From an uncultured Roseobacteraceae bacterium (GTDB lineage Bacteria > Pseudomonadota > Alphaproteobacteria > Rhodobacterales > Rhodobacteraceae), in the NCBI GenBank assembly GCA_964022435.1, contig CAXIAL010000009.1:5659-69658 (forward strand): DNA of 64,000 nt, in the 5' to 3' direction. Shown here piece by piece: positions 42,475-52,476 of this stretch; within the stretch, counting starts at the first letter, position 1; each line of letters begins with the position of its first letter. Both the position numbers and the translations under genes were made by a program. The notes beneath the pieces were generated by a model. The model did no database searches and was not told the origin of the DNA. It saw only the letters and a list, made by a program, of their open reading frames with translations.

Positions 42475-43971
42475 TCAGACGTCGTTCAACGCAGCCCAAC
42501 GGCGCAGCAAAGTCTGCTGCAGCTTCTTGGCCTTGGTGTTGAACGTGACCGACCCGCGCGGCTGTTCGTCATTGGACGCCTTGCCAATTTCCCGCGCCTC
42601 CAAATCGGCTGCAAAAATCGCAAACGTCAAATTTCGCCCACCGCGCGTGCGGATATAGCCCGCCAGCGACGACACGAAATTCAACGTGCCGGTTTTGGCC
42701 ACAACTGTCGCAGGATGGTCCTTAATCACGCGCTTTTTATCATCGCGGAACGGGATATCCTTGAGAATCGGAAACAAGACGTCGTCCACGCCATCCGCAT
42801 TCAACAGCGTGACCATATCCGCCGCGGTGATCCGCGTTGTATCACCAAGCCCCGAATGATCGGCAAAGCTCGGTGCAATCCCCGCCCGTTCCTTCGCCCA
42901 GCGTGTCATACCCAGCGCCGAGGTTCGTAATCCGCGCTGCTGACCGCTCAAACGCTGGGTCGCCGTCATCCCCGCAGCCTCTGCCGTAATATTGGTCGAA
43001 AACCGCAACATCGCACGCATCATGCCACGCAGATCATCGCTTTCATGCACGGCCAACACGTCGCCAGTCGGCGCGTCCGGCACCTCTACAGGCGGTGACA
43101 GCACAATCCCCTGTCCCCGCGCAAAGCTCGCAAAAACCTCGCCCGCATAGATCGCGGGATAGCGCACAGGCAACCAGCGTGACCCGCCACTGCCCAGGGC
43201 CCCACGCGCGACGGTCCACTCGTCCAAACCGCCACCATCGCGATAAGTATAAACCGGCACTTCGCGATCCACGATCCGCATTTTGGCAACGGTCACAGTT
43301 GGGCGGTACAACTCACTCCGCGCATCCATTGTGACGGAATAGGCACCATTGGCCCGCTTCCATTCAAAATGCACACGGTTGAAATTTAGGTTCAGCCCCG
43401 TGATCGCCGGATTATAACCAAGATGGTCTAGCTGGCTGGCGTCAATCTCGTCCAAATTCTTCAGCGCACCGTCATAAACATAAAATTTACCGCGCACCTC
43501 GGTCAGCCCACTGTCTTTCAGGCCTTGCGCCAAAGCAGCCATATCATCTGTTACAAGGTTCGGGTTGCCGCCCCCCACCAAGATCAAATTCCCGTCCAAA
43601 ACACTGTCAACGACCGGCCCATCTGCAAGCACTTGTGTCAAAAACCGATGATCGGGACCTAGACTTTCAATCGTATACAACGCGGTGACAGCCTTCGTGA
43701 CACTTGCCGGCGGTAGCGGCACATCAGCATCATGGGCGTCAATGACTTCACCGGTATCCGCATCTGCCAGCACAATGCCGACACGGCCTGTCACCCCAGA
43801 TGCGGCAATCACATCAGGCAAGCTGCGGCGCATTTCAGGGGTGATTTCACCGGCCATTGCGGGTCGACCTGTCGGGCGAAGCGACGTCAGCGGCGCATCG
43901 GCCAATGCCCCTGTCGCGGCTGATCCCAATAATGCGGCAACCACCGCCCGTCGTGAAAATTTCTGTATCAT
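42475..43971 (-). CDS. dacB: D-alanyl-D-alanine carboxypeptidase/endopeptidase (PBP4, S13 family)
   Basis: PASVTK (SxxK), FSTN (SxN) and AKTGT (KTG) motifs; Tat-like SRR signal. Confidence 0.9.
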   Translation of the reverse strand: MIQKFSRRAVVAALLGSAATGALADAPLTSLRPTGRPAMAGEITPEMRRSLPDVIAASGVTGRVGIVLADADTGEVIDAHDADVPLPPASVTKAVTALYTIESLGPDHRFLTQVLADGPVVDSVLDGNLILVGGGNPNLVTDDMAALAQGLKDSGLTEVRGKFYVYDGALKNLDEIDASQLDHLGYNPAITGLNLNFNRVHFEWKRANGAYSVTMDARSELYRPTVTVAKMRIVDREVPVYTYRDGGGLDEWTVARGALGSGGSRWLPVRYPAIYAGEVFASFARGQGIVLSPPVEVPDAPTGDVLAVHESDDLRGMMRAMLRFSTNITAEAAGMTATQRLSGQQRGLRTSALGMTRWAKERAGIAPSFADHSGLGDTTRITAADMVTLLNADGVDDVLFPILKDIPFRDDKKRVIKDHPATVVAKTGTLNFVSSLAGYIRTRGGRNLTFAIFAADLEAREIGKASNDEQPRGSVTFNTKAKKLQQTLLRRWAALNDV

Positions 43972-44008
43972 TCAAATATCTTAACGTTAGTTAGCATTGG
44001 CGCAACGC

Positions 44009-44605
44009 CTAACCCCATGCACCTTGTGCGCGGATAGCCGTGGATGATTGGGTCGACATTGGCAAATTAATAAAACACCATTTCGGCGCAGCCCCACGCC
44101 CCAGAACTTGCGACGCGCGCGCCGGTAACATGGTATGACGATACACCTTCGCCGCCTTGGACAAACGTGCCGAAATTCGATCGCCTGGGCGGGCAATCAC
44201 GCCAACAGGTACATTTTGCATAATCCACTGCCAGTCCTGCCATCGATGAAACTGTGCCAAATTATCCGCCCCCATCAGCCAGACAAACCGCACACCGGGG
44301 TATTGATCCTGCAACGCAGAAATCGTCTCGGCCGTGAACCGCGTGCCCAAACGTTCTTCGATATTTGTCACCGTCACACGTGGATGATCCATCACCGCGC
44401 GGGCCTTGGACAATCGTTGTTCTATCGGCGCAGGACCGCGATCTTTTAGTGGATTACCTGGCGATACGAGCCACCAAACATGGTCCAGCCCGAAACGTTT
44501 CAATGCAGTTTGCGTAATATGTACGTGACCGGCATGCGCCGGATCAAATGAACCACCCAAAAGGCCAATGACTTGCCCTGCTTTTGCAATCGGATCGCCC
44601 TGCAT
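44009..44605 (-). CDS. nadD: Nicotinate-nucleotide adenylyltransferase
   Basis: [11 protein letters not shown] (HxGH), SPGNPLK, WLMGADN, SSTAIR. Confidence 0.92.
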   Translation of the reverse strand: MQGDPIAKAGQVIGLLGGSFDPAHAGHVHITQTALKRFGLDHVWWLVSPGNPLKDRGPAPIEQRLSKARAVMDHPRVTVTNIEERLGTRFTAETISALQDQYPGVRFVWLMGADNLAQFHRWQDWQWIMQNVPVGVIARPGDRISARLSKAAKVYRHTMLPARASQVLGRGAAPKWCFINLPMSTQSSTAIRAQGAWG

Positions 44606-44807
44606 CGTTCCCACCTTCCGCGTTTGGCCCGTGATAGCGCGAAAAACCCTATGAAAGCAAAGCATTCAACCGAAACACTTCTACAAATCACCTGACACTG
44701 CGCCTGCGCCCCACAGCGACACAAATTCCGGACAACAACAGGGCGTTGAACATGGCTTCATCCCCAGCTATCTAAGGCGCAAACCTGAACCCATCGGAGC
44801 GTCGAAA

Positions 44808-46463
44808 ATGGCCAGCAATCAATTCGTTTATTTCATGGACGGCGTGTCAAAAACCTATCCCGGTGGGAAAAAAGTATTTGAAAACATTCGCCTCAACTTC
44901 TTGCCTGGTGTAAAAATCGGCGTTGTCGGTGTGAACGGCACCGGTAAATCCACGCTGATGCGCATCATGGCGGGCCAAGACAAAGACTTCGCTGGTGAAG
45001 CATGGGCGGCCGAAGGCGCCCGCGTGGGCTACCTGCCACAAGAACCGCATCTGGACGATACACTGACCGTACGTGAAAACGTGATGTTGGGCGTAGCCGA
45101 CAAAAAGGCAATTTTGGACCGCTACAACGAAGTGGCAATGAACTATTCCGAAGAAACCGCCGATGAAATGGCGCGGCTTCAGGATGAAATCGATAGCCAA
45201 AACCTCTGGGATCTGGATGCGCAAATCGACGTGTCGATGGAGGCGCTGCGCTGCCCGCCAGACGACGCCGACGTGTCCACTCTGTCGGGCGGTGAAAAAC
45301 GCCGCGTAGCCCTGTGCAAACTTCTGCTCGAAGCACCAGACATGCTGCTGCTTGACGAACCGACCAACCACCTTGACGCCGAAACAATCGCTTGGCTGCA
45401 GCAGCACCTGATTGATTACAAAGGCACAATCCTGATCGTCACCCACGACCGCTACTTTCTTGATGCGATCACAGGCTGGATTTTGGAACTGGACCGCGGG
45501 TCAGGCATCCCGCATGAAGGCAACTATTCTTCATGGTTGGAAGCCAAGGCAAAACGTCTGGAACGCGAGGCCAAGGACGACAAATCCAAGCAGCGCACGC
45601 TGGAACGCGAACTTGAATGGATGCGCCAAGGCGCCAAGGCCCGTCAGGCGAAATCCAAGGCCCGCATCAGCGCCTATAACGATCTGGCCAACCAGTCGGA
45701 AAAAGAGAAAATGGGCCGCGCCCAGATCATCATTCCCAATGGCCCGCGTCTTGGGTCCAAGGTGATCGAGGTCGAAAACCTGAAAAAGGCGATGGGTGAC
45801 AAACTACTCGTCGAAGACCTGTCATTTGATCTGCCACCCGGTGGCATCGTCGGTGTAATCGGGCCGAACGGCGCGGGTAAATCAACGCTGTTTTCCATGC
45901 TCACAGGTCAGCTCGCACCTGATGAAGGTTCTGTGACGTTCGGCGACACGGTACAGCTGTCCTACGTTGATCAGTCGCGCGACGCGCTCGACCCAGAAAC
46001 CACTGTTTGGGAAGAAATCACTGGGGGCGCAGAAATCATCGAACTTGGCGATGCATCCATGAACTCACGTGCTTATTGCTCTGCGTTCAACTTCAAAGGC
46101 GGCGATCAACAGAAAAAGGTCGGGCTGCTGTCCGGCGGCGAACGCAACCGCGTGCATATGGCGAAACTGCTCAAATCAGGCGGCAACGTGCTGCTGCTTG
46201 ACGAACCGACCAACGATCTGGACGTCGAAACTCTGCGTGCGCTCGAAGACGCGCTGGAATCCTTCGCAGGCTGCGCCGTGGTCATTTCCCACGACCGCTT
46301 CTTCCTTGACCGGATCTGCACACACATGCTCGCCTTTGAAGGCGACGCGCATGTGGAATGGTTCCAGGGCAATTTTGAAGACTATGAAGAAGACAAGAAA
46401 AAGCGCCTTGGCGCAGATGCGATGGAACCCAAGCGCATGAAGCACAAAAAATTCACACGCTAA
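44808..46463 (+). CDS. ettA: Energy-dependent translational throttle ABC-F protein
   Basis: Two ABC domains (GVNGTGKS, LSGGEKRR, GPNGAGKS, LSGGERNR), no TM segments. Confidence 0.93.
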   Translation: MASNQFVYFMDGVSKTYPGGKKVFENIRLNFLPGVKIGVVGVNGTGKSTLMRIMAGQDKDFAGEAWAAEGARVGYLPQEPHLDDTLTVRENVMLGVADKKAILDRYNEVAMNYSEETADEMARLQDEIDSQNLWDLDAQIDVSMEALRCPPDDADVSTLSGGEKRRVALCKLLLEAPDMLLLDEPTNHLDAETIAWLQQHLIDYKGTILIVTHDRYFLDAITGWILELDRGSGIPHEGNYSSWLEAKAKRLEREAKDDKSKQRTLERELEWMRQGAKARQAKSKARISAYNDLANQSEKEKMGRAQIIIPNGPRLGSKVIEVENLKKAMGDKLLVEDLSFDLPPGGIVGVIGPNGAGKSTLFSMLTGQLAPDEGSVTFGDTVQLSYVDQSRDALDPETTVWEEITGGAEIIELGDASMNSRAYCSAFNFKGGDQQKKVGLLSGGERNRVHMAKLLKSGGNVLLLDEPTNDLDVETLRALEDALESFAGCAVVISHDRFFLDRICTHMLAFEGDAHVEWFQGNFEDYEEDKKKRLGADAMEPKRMKHKKFTR

Positions 46464-46470
46464 CGAAATC

Positions 46471-46496
46471 GGGCGGCCCTTGGGGCCGCCCTTTTT
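46471..46496 (+). terminator. Intrinsic terminator after ettA
   Basis: GGGCGGCCC-TTG-GGGCCGCCC followed by TTTT. Confidence 0.8.
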
Positions 46497-46498
46497 AC

Positions 46499-46753
46499 TT
46501 ATGCCGCGTCTTTTTCGACTACTGGCTCTTCGACTTCAGGCTCTGGCGCGGGCAAGGCCAGCGCTTCATCCGGCATCTGATCCGGCAGGCCCAAAGAAAC
46601 AGTGCCCGTTTCAGGATCAATCGTCACATTTGGCTTCACTGCCATCAAGGCCAGCACTTCGTTCACTTCGCCCAAGGCACGCTCTACCGTTTGGCGCTGC
46701 GTTTCGACGGCAGGCTTCAGCCCACCCATACGTGATTTCAAAAACTTGAACAT
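46499..46753 (-). CDS. Small hypothetical protein
   Basis: 84 aa from MFKFLKSR; protein-like composition with acidic Pro-rich tail; fills the gap between genes. Confidence 0.6.
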   Translation of the reverse strand: MFKFLKSRMGGLKPAVETQRQTVERALGEVNEVLALMAVKPNVTIDPETGTVSLGLPDQMPDEALALPAPEPEVEEPVVEKDAA

Positions 46754-46853
46754 CTTGGTTCCCCTCATGAAACTGTTGTCCTTAGCCTAGAACAGGCCCC
46801 CACCAACAGTCAGGGGAAACCCCACACGCAAGTCCCCCGCAGACGAGGGTTGC

Positions 46854-47381
46854 CTATTTTCGCTTCACAAATTCGGTCAAAATGACAATCCGTTGGCCTT
46901 CGACGCGTCCCTCAATGTGACCAGCATTGTCTTGGACCAGTGATATGTTGCGCACAGCCGTACCGCGCTTGGCCGTGAAACCGGCACCTTTCACAGGCAA
47001 ATCCTTGACCAACACAACCGTGTCGCCATGGACAAGTACCATGCCAAGACTATCCTTATGCACAATCTCCGGCTGATCGGCGGCAACCAGACGCGCCATC
47101 GCATCGGGATCAACCTGCATCATGTCGCGGGTATCAACGGCCCATCCCTCTTCCAGTTCGCCCAGCTTTTTCCAAACGGCGATCTGCACGGCGGGTTCTG
47201 GCGACCAAGCAGACCCTTCGAGGCAATGCCAATGTCCGACAGGCGCATCCGCTTCGCCGCGACACACTGGACACAACAACACTTGATCCTCTGGCGTAAC
47301 GTCCTGCGCGGTCAACTCACCTTGCGCACCACAAAACTCGCAGCGTTCTTCGGCCCGTGTCATCAATTCATCCCAGCGCAT
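46854..47381 (-). CDS. PhnA/YjdM family zinc-ribbon protein
   Basis: CEFC...CPVC, HWHCL...WS..PAVQ, C-terminal GDTVVLVKDLPVKG...KRGT.V.NI. Confidence 0.85.
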   Translation of the reverse strand: MRWDELMTRAEERCEFCGAQGELTAQDVTPEDQVLLCPVCRGEADAPVGHWHCLEGSAWSPEPAVQIAVWKKLGELEEGWAVDTRDMMQVDPDAMARLVAADQPEIVHKDSLGMVLVHGDTVVLVKDLPVKGAGFTAKRGTAVRNISLVQDNAGHIEGRVEGQRIVILTEFVKRK

Positions 47382-47526
47382 CGCATTTCCTTTGCCATTC
47401 TTTGCCCGCATCCGATACGCCAATTGGTGCAAAAGGAAAGAGCGGCATTCAGCTTATACACTAATTTCCCTTGCATTTTGTTCCGACAACCCCCAGATGA
47501 GACGGGCAGACGTTATCTTTCTCGAC

Positions 47527-47624
47527 CCACTGTTTTCCATACCGGCTACAGTCTTTCGATTTTGCACTGACTACGCCGCGCTGTCGCATTTCGTGGACAG
47601 CCCTGAAAACAAAGGAATATTTCC
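47527..47624 (+). promoter_or_regulatory. Structured 5' leader of csp copy 1
   Basis: CGGC/GCCG stem and CTGTC-GCATTTCGTG-GACAG hairpin; homologous to the leader of csp copy 2. Confidence 0.55.
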
Positions 47625-47831
47625 ATGGCTACTGGTACAGTAAAATGGTTCAACGCAACTAAAGGCTTCGGCTTTATCGCTCCTGATGGCGGCTCCAAGG
47701 ACGTGTTCGTACACATCTCTGCTGTTGAGCGTTCCGGCCTCACAGGCCTGAAAGATGACCAAAAGGTTACTTTCGACATCGAAGCTGGCCGTGACGGCCG
47801 CGAATCTGCGGTGAACCTGGCTCTGGCCTAA
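47625..47831 (+). CDS. cspA: Cold-shock protein (copy 1)
   Basis: KWFN, RNP1 KGFGFI, RNP2 VFVH; AAAGGA RBS. Confidence 0.95.
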   Translation: MATGTVKWFNATKGFGFIAPDGGSKDVFVHISAVERSGLTGLKDDQKVTFDIEAGRDGRESAVNLALA

Positions 47832-47957
47832 ATCACGCATTCGGGGCGTCCGCATTTGCGGGCGCTCCATTCCGCCCAAATTGGGCAATCCCCCAAAAAT
47901 TCTTGATTTTGTTACATTGCACGCACATGGTGGCGGTGCGACGTCGCATAATATCGA

Positions 47958-48046
47958 CCACTGACCCCATAACGGCCCAGTTCTTCGATCCATCAGACGA
48001 GCCGGTCCGCTGCATTTCCGCGAGCGGTAAACATGGAGGAAGCACA
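47958..48046 (+). promoter_or_regulatory. Structured 5' leader of csp copy 2
   Basis: CGGC/GCCG stem and CCGCT-GCATTTCCGCG-AGCGG hairpin. Confidence 0.55.
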
Positions 48047-48256
48047 ATGGCTTCAGGTACAGTGAAGTGGTTCAACACCACAAAAGGTTTCGGATTTATC
48101 GCCCCTGACGGCGGAACAAAGGACGTGTTCGTTCACATTTCCGCAGTAGAGCGTTCTGGTCTGACAGGTCTGAAAGACGATCAAAAGATCACTTTCGACA
48201 TTGAAGCAGGCCGCGATGGCCGCGAGAGCGCCGTGAACTTGGCGCTGGTCGACTAA
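48047..48256 (+). CDS. cspA: Cold-shock protein (copy 2)
   Basis: 69 aa from ATG 48047 (GGAGG RBS); five substitutions plus one extra residue relative to copy 1. Confidence 0.95.
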   Translation: MASGTVKWFNTTKGFGFIAPDGGTKDVFVHISAVERSGLTGLKDDQKITFDIEAGRDGRESAVNLALVD

Positions 48257-48271
48257 ACCGCCAATAGATTG

Positions 48272-48305
48272 AAAAGAGGGGCTTCCGTTATCGGGCGCCC
48301 CTTTT
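48272..48305. terminator. Bidirectional terminator between csp copy 2 and the dodecin gene
   Basis: AAAAGAGGGGC...GCCCCTTTT. Confidence 0.75.
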
Positions 48306-48310
48306 GTGTT

Positions 48311-48514
48311 TTAGTCTTCCAGAACGAAGGTGATCTTCAGAACAACGCGGTATTCGTCGATCTTGCCGTCTTTGACAGTGACTTTCTGGTCCGCAACCCA
48401 AGCACTTGTGATGCCCTTCAGGGTCTTGACCGCACGTTCCACGCCGTTTTCAACAGCATCGTCGAATGACTTTTTGGAAGAAGAGATTACCTCGGTGACT
48501 TTTGCGATAGACAT
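48311..48514 (-). CDS. Dodecin family protein
   Basis: 67 aa; KVTEVISSS..SFDDAV..GV.RA.KTL, YRV.LKITF.L. Confidence 0.9.
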   Translation of the reverse strand: MSIAKVTEVISSSKKSFDDAVENGVERAVKTLKGITSAWVADQKVTVKDGKIDEYRVVLKITFVLED

Positions 48515-48606
48515 GAGGATTTCCTTTATTGGGTGGCCAAACTGGCCGTTGTGATACTCGTATTTAACATAGCACATGAAGGGGTAAGAACGGGAATGCC
48601 CGCGCT

Positions 48607-49296
48607 TTATTCCCCCTGTGGCGCGTCTTCGATCAATGCAAGCACCGCAGGCCCCATGGCCGCCACGATCAACGCGACGCCATCTTGGTTGGGGTGAATG
48701 CCGTCCGGTTGCATGTAATTGGCCACTTCATCTTGGCTTTCAGCCTCGGCCAGAATGCCCGCGAAAAACGTGGGGTATAGCGGCAGGTCATAACTGCCAG
48801 CCAAATCCACATACATGCCATTAAATGCGGTCTGATAATCCGCCCCGTAATTCGCCCCCGCCGTGATCCCGACCAAAAGTGCATCGACCCCCGCTTCTGC
48901 GGCCTTCGCCAAAATCCCGTCCAAATTCGCGCGGCTCACCACCGGATCAATGCCGCGCAGATAATCATTGCCGCCCAAAGCCACGATCATCGCGTCCACA
49001 TCCGGTGTAAGCGTCCAGTCCGTCCGCGACAAACCACCCGCCGTGGTATCCCCAGACACGCCCGCGTTAACCAACCTGACATCAGCACCCTGCGCATCCA
49101 GCCATGCCTGCATTTGCGGCACAAACCCATCCCCGTTGGGCAATCCGTATCCTGCGGTCAGGCTGTCACCAAGGGCTGCGATTGTCACTGTGTCCGCATG
49201 CACAGCCCCTGTGCTAACCACGAACGCCAAGCCCGCCTTGCACAACAGCCCCCGCGCCCCATATCCAAGGGATATCACAGCAGAAAGCCATCCCAT
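48607..49296 (-). CDS. tesA: Arylesterase / acyl-CoA thioesterase I (GDSL/SGNH)
   Basis: GDSLTAGYG, NAGVSGDTT, LGGND, DGIHPN; start position uncertain. Confidence 0.88.
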   Translation of the reverse strand: MGWLSAVISLGYGARGLLCKAGLAFVVSTGAVHADTVTIAALGDSLTAGYGLPNGDGFVPQMQAWLDAQGADVRLVNAGVSGDTTAGGLSRTDWTLTPDVDAMIVALGGNDYLRGIDPVVSRANLDGILAKAAEAGVDALLVGITAGANYGADYQTAFNGMYVDLAGSYDLPLYPTFFAGILAEAESQDEVANYMQPDGIHPNQDGVALIVAAMGPAVLALIEDAPQGE

Positions 49297-49963
49297 GCCC
49301 GATCCCATCATGTCGCTATCCAACGCCGCGCTTTCACTGGATGGCAACGCGGGCAAGGTCGACATTCTGCACGACATTTCACTGGATGTGGCGGCGGGGG
49401 AAACCTTGGGGCTGGTCGGGCCAAGCGGCTCTGGCAAATCATCTCTCCTGATGTTGATGGGCGGGCTGGAACAAGCCACCGCTGGCACGATCACCGCCTT
49501 GGGCGAAAACTTGACAGCCATGACTGAAGACGGCCTTGCCCTCTTTCGTAGACATCATATGGGGGTGGTGTTTCAATCTTTCCACCTGATCCCCACCATG
49601 ACAGCACTGGAAAATGTCGCAACCCCGTTGGAATTGGCGGGCGTGGCGGATGCATTTGACCGCGCAGCGGCGGAACTGGACGCCGTGGGCCTCGGTGCCC
49701 GCGCCGATCACTACCCCAGCCAAATGTCAGGCGGCGAACAACAGCGCGTGGCGCTGGCCCGCGCATCCGCCCCGCGCCCGCGCATCCTGTTGGCCGACGA
49801 GCCCACCGGCAATCTGGACGCGACCAATGGCTCTGCGATTATGGATTTGCTGTTCGATCTGCGTGACAAACACGGTGCGACCCTGATCATGGTCACCCAT
49901 TCCGCTGACCTCGCCGCCCGCTGCGACCGCGTGATTACCCTAACAGACGGGCGCATTTCATGA
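49295..49963 (+). CDS. ybbA: ABC transporter ATP-binding protein (YbbA-like)
   Basis: GPSGSGKS, MSGGEQQR, LLADEPTGNLD; start overlaps the divergent tesA start. Confidence 0.85.
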   Translation: MPDPIMSLSNAALSLDGNAGKVDILHDISLDVAAGETLGLVGPSGSGKSSLLMLMGGLEQATAGTITALGENLTAMTEDGLALFRRHHMGVVFQSFHLIPTMTALENVATPLELAGVADAFDRAAAELDAVGLGARADHYPSQMSGGEQQRVALARASAPRPRILLADEPTGNLDATNGSAIMDLLFDLRDKHGATLIMVTHSADLAARCDRVITLTDGRIS

Positions 49964-52476
49964 GCCTCGTTATCGCCTCCCGCTTTGCCCGCCGCGAATT
50001 GCGCGGGGGTCTGCACGGCTTTCGCGTTTTCCTCGCCTGCCTCGCCCTTGGCGTCGCGGCTATCGCCGCCGTCGGCACAGTGCGCGCCGGGATCGAGGCC
50101 GGATTGGAAAGCGAAGGCGCTGCCCTTTTGGGTGGCGATGCAGAGGTCGAATTCACCTACCGTTTTGCCCGCGATGCAGAACTGGCGTTCCTCAACGAAA
50201 TTGCAACAGAGATTTCCGAAACCGTCGATTTCCGCTCCATGGCCGTGGTCGATGGACCGTTGGGCGTGGAACGCGGGCTGACCCAAGTCCGCGCCGTTGA
50301 CAGCGCATACCCACTTGTGGGGAGCGTGACACTGGCCCCCAACATCCCACTCGACACCGCACTTGCCAACAACGGCGGCGTGATGGAACGGGTTTTAGTG
50401 GACCGTTTGGGGTTGAGCGTCGGCGACACATTCCGCTTGGGAGAGGCCACATTCACCCTACGCGCCGTGCTCGAGCGCTACCCCGACAATTCATCCGGCG
50501 GCTTTGGTCTTGGCCCGCGCACAGTGGTGCTGACCGATGATCTGGCGAGTTCCGGCTTGCTCGCCGAAGGCACGCTTTACTCGACACAATACCGGATGCT
50601 CTTGCCCGCAGGCGCTGACCTCGCCGCACTGGAAACCCGCGCCGAAGACCAGTTCCGCGACACAGGCCTGCGCTGGCGCGATAGCCGCAATGGCGCAGGT
50701 GGCACAGCGCGGTTTGTTGAACGCATCGGCGCGTTCCTGATCCTTATGGGCTTATCTGGCTTGGCCGTTGGCGGCGTCGGTGTTTCCGCCGCTGTGCGTT
50801 CTTACCTCGCGGGCAAAACCGGCGTCATCGCGACATTGAAAACACTGGGCGCCACCCGCCGCACGATTTTCCTCACCTATTTCCTGCAAATCGGCGCGCT
50901 CACCCTGTTAGGCATCGCAATCGGGCTGGTACTGGGCGGCGGCATCCCTGTCCTTCTCGCCCCCGTGATCGAAGCACAACTGCCGATCCCCGCCGATTTC
51001 ACCTTCACCATGGCACCCCTGATAGAGGCTGCACTCTACGGCCTGCTTGCGGCCCTGATCTTCACGCTTTGGCCGCTGGCGCGCACCGAACAAATCCGCC
51101 CAGCGACACTGTTCCGTGATGCATTTGGCTCCGACAGCGGCTTGCCCGCCTGGCCATATCTGGCCGCCACGGCGGCACTTGTCGCCATGCTACTTGGTGC
51201 TGCAATCTGGTTTTCGGGCACAGTTTTCCTAACGCTTTGGACCGCCGGCGGGATCATCGGCGCGTTGCTGATCCTCGTGGCCGCAGCATGGATCGCCCGC
51301 CTGATATCTCGCAAACTTGGCCGCCGTGCACGTGGCCGCCCTGCCCTGCGCCTCGCCCTTGGGTCCATCGGCGCGCGCGGTGGCGAAGCGACGTCTGTCG
51401 TACTCTCCCTTGGTCTCGGCTTGACTGTGCTGGCATCCGTCGGGCAAATCGACGGCAACCTGCGGGCAGCATTCTCAGACGAGCTGCCCGAAGTCGCCCC
51501 CAGCTATTTCTTCGTCGACATCCAGCCCGACCAAATCGACGGCTTCCGCGCAAGGCTCGACACCGACCCCGCTGTCAGCAAGGTCGACACGGCCCCAATG
51601 CTGCGCGGGATAATCACGAAGATTAACGGACAATCAGCGGAAGAGTTCTCAGACGGCCATTGGGTCACACGCGGCGACCGCGGCGTGACCTACACGGCAG
51701 AGGCCCCCGATCCGTCAGAAATCACCGATGGCACATGGTGGCCCACTGATTACACGGGCCCACCGCTCATGAGTTTTTCAACCGAAGAAGCGCTAGAAAT
51801 CGGCCTTTCCTTGGGCGACACCGTCACAGTCAACATTCTGGGCCGCGACATCACCGCGACCATCAGCAACTTTCGGACAGTCAGCTGGGAAAACGCTGGC
51901 ATCGGCTTCGTCATGGCGTTGAACCCATCCGCATTGGCGGGCGCACCACACAGCTGGATTTCGACGGTCTATGCCGAACCGCAGGCAGAGGCCGCGATCC
52001 TGCGCGATCTTGCGAACCAATACCCCAACATTACCGCCATCCGGATCAGGGACGCGATTGATCAGGTCGTGGACCTCGTCGGCGGGATTGCCGCTGCCAC
52101 ACGCTACGCCGCATTGGCGACGCTTGTGACCGGATTCCTCGTGTTGATCGGCGCGGCCGCAGCAGGTGAACGGGCGCGGACATTCGAGGCTGCCGTGCTG
52201 AAAACGCTCGGGGCCACCCGCGCGCGCATCTTGTTCAGCTTCGCCCTACGTGCCGCCATTCTGGGGCTTGCCGCAGGCATCGTCGCGCTGATCGCGGGCA
52301 TTCTGGGCGGCTGGGCCGTGACCACATTCGTCATGGAAGGTGATTATCAGGTGATCTGGACCAATGCATTGCTGATCATCGGCGGTGGGGTCATGGCGTC
52401 ACTCGTCGCGGGCCTCGCCTTTGCGTTCCGCCCGCTGAATGCAAGCCCGGCACAGGTGCTCCGCGCGCGGGAATGA
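49960..52476 (+). CDS. ybbP: ABC transporter permease (YbbP / FtsX-like)
   Basis: 838 aa; two FtsX-like halves; LLGGD, PSYFFVDIQPDQ, KTLGATR repeated. Confidence 0.85.
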   Translation: MSLVIASRFARRELRGGLHGFRVFLACLALGVAAIAAVGTVRAGIEAGLESEGAALLGGDAEVEFTYRFARDAELAFLNEIATEISETVDFRSMAVVDGPLGVERGLTQVRAVDSAYPLVGSVTLAPNIPLDTALANNGGVMERVLVDRLGLSVGDTFRLGEATFTLRAVLERYPDNSSGGFGLGPRTVVLTDDLASSGLLAEGTLYSTQYRMLLPAGADLAALETRAEDQFRDTGLRWRDSRNGAGGTARFVERIGAFLILMGLSGLAVGGVGVSAAVRSYLAGKTGVIATLKTLGATRRTIFLTYFLQIGALTLLGIAIGLVLGGGIPVLLAPVIEAQLPIPADFTFTMAPLIEAALYGLLAALIFTLWPLARTEQIRPATLFRDAFGSDSGLPAWPYLAATAALVAMLLGAAIWFSGTVFLTLWTAGGIIGALLILVAAAWIARLISRKLGRRARGRPALRLALGSIGARGGEATSVVLSLGLGLTVLASVGQIDGNLRAAFSDELPEVAPSYFFVDIQPDQIDGFRARLDTDPAVSKVDTAPMLRGIITKINGQSAEEFSDGHWVTRGDRGVTYTAEAPDPSEITDGTWWPTDYTGPPLMSFSTEEALEIGLSLGDTVTVNILGRDITATISNFRTVSWENAGIGFVMALNPSALAGAPHSWISTVYAEPQAEAAILRDLANQYPNITAIRIRDAIDQVVDLVGGIAAATRYAALATLVTGFLVLIGAAAAGERARTFEAAVLKTLGATRARILFSFALRAAILGLAAGIVALIAGILGGWAVTTFVMEGDYQVIWTNALLIIGGGVMASLVAGLAFAFRPLNASPAQVLRARE

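Noticed and set aside
43981-43994. CtrA box upstream of dacB
   Set aside because: TTAA-N6-TTAG has wrong spacing and a mismatch
48607-52476. Overlapping divergent starts of the esterase and ABC transporter
   Set aside because: Same as the widespread tesA / ybbA-ybbP arrangement known from E. coli
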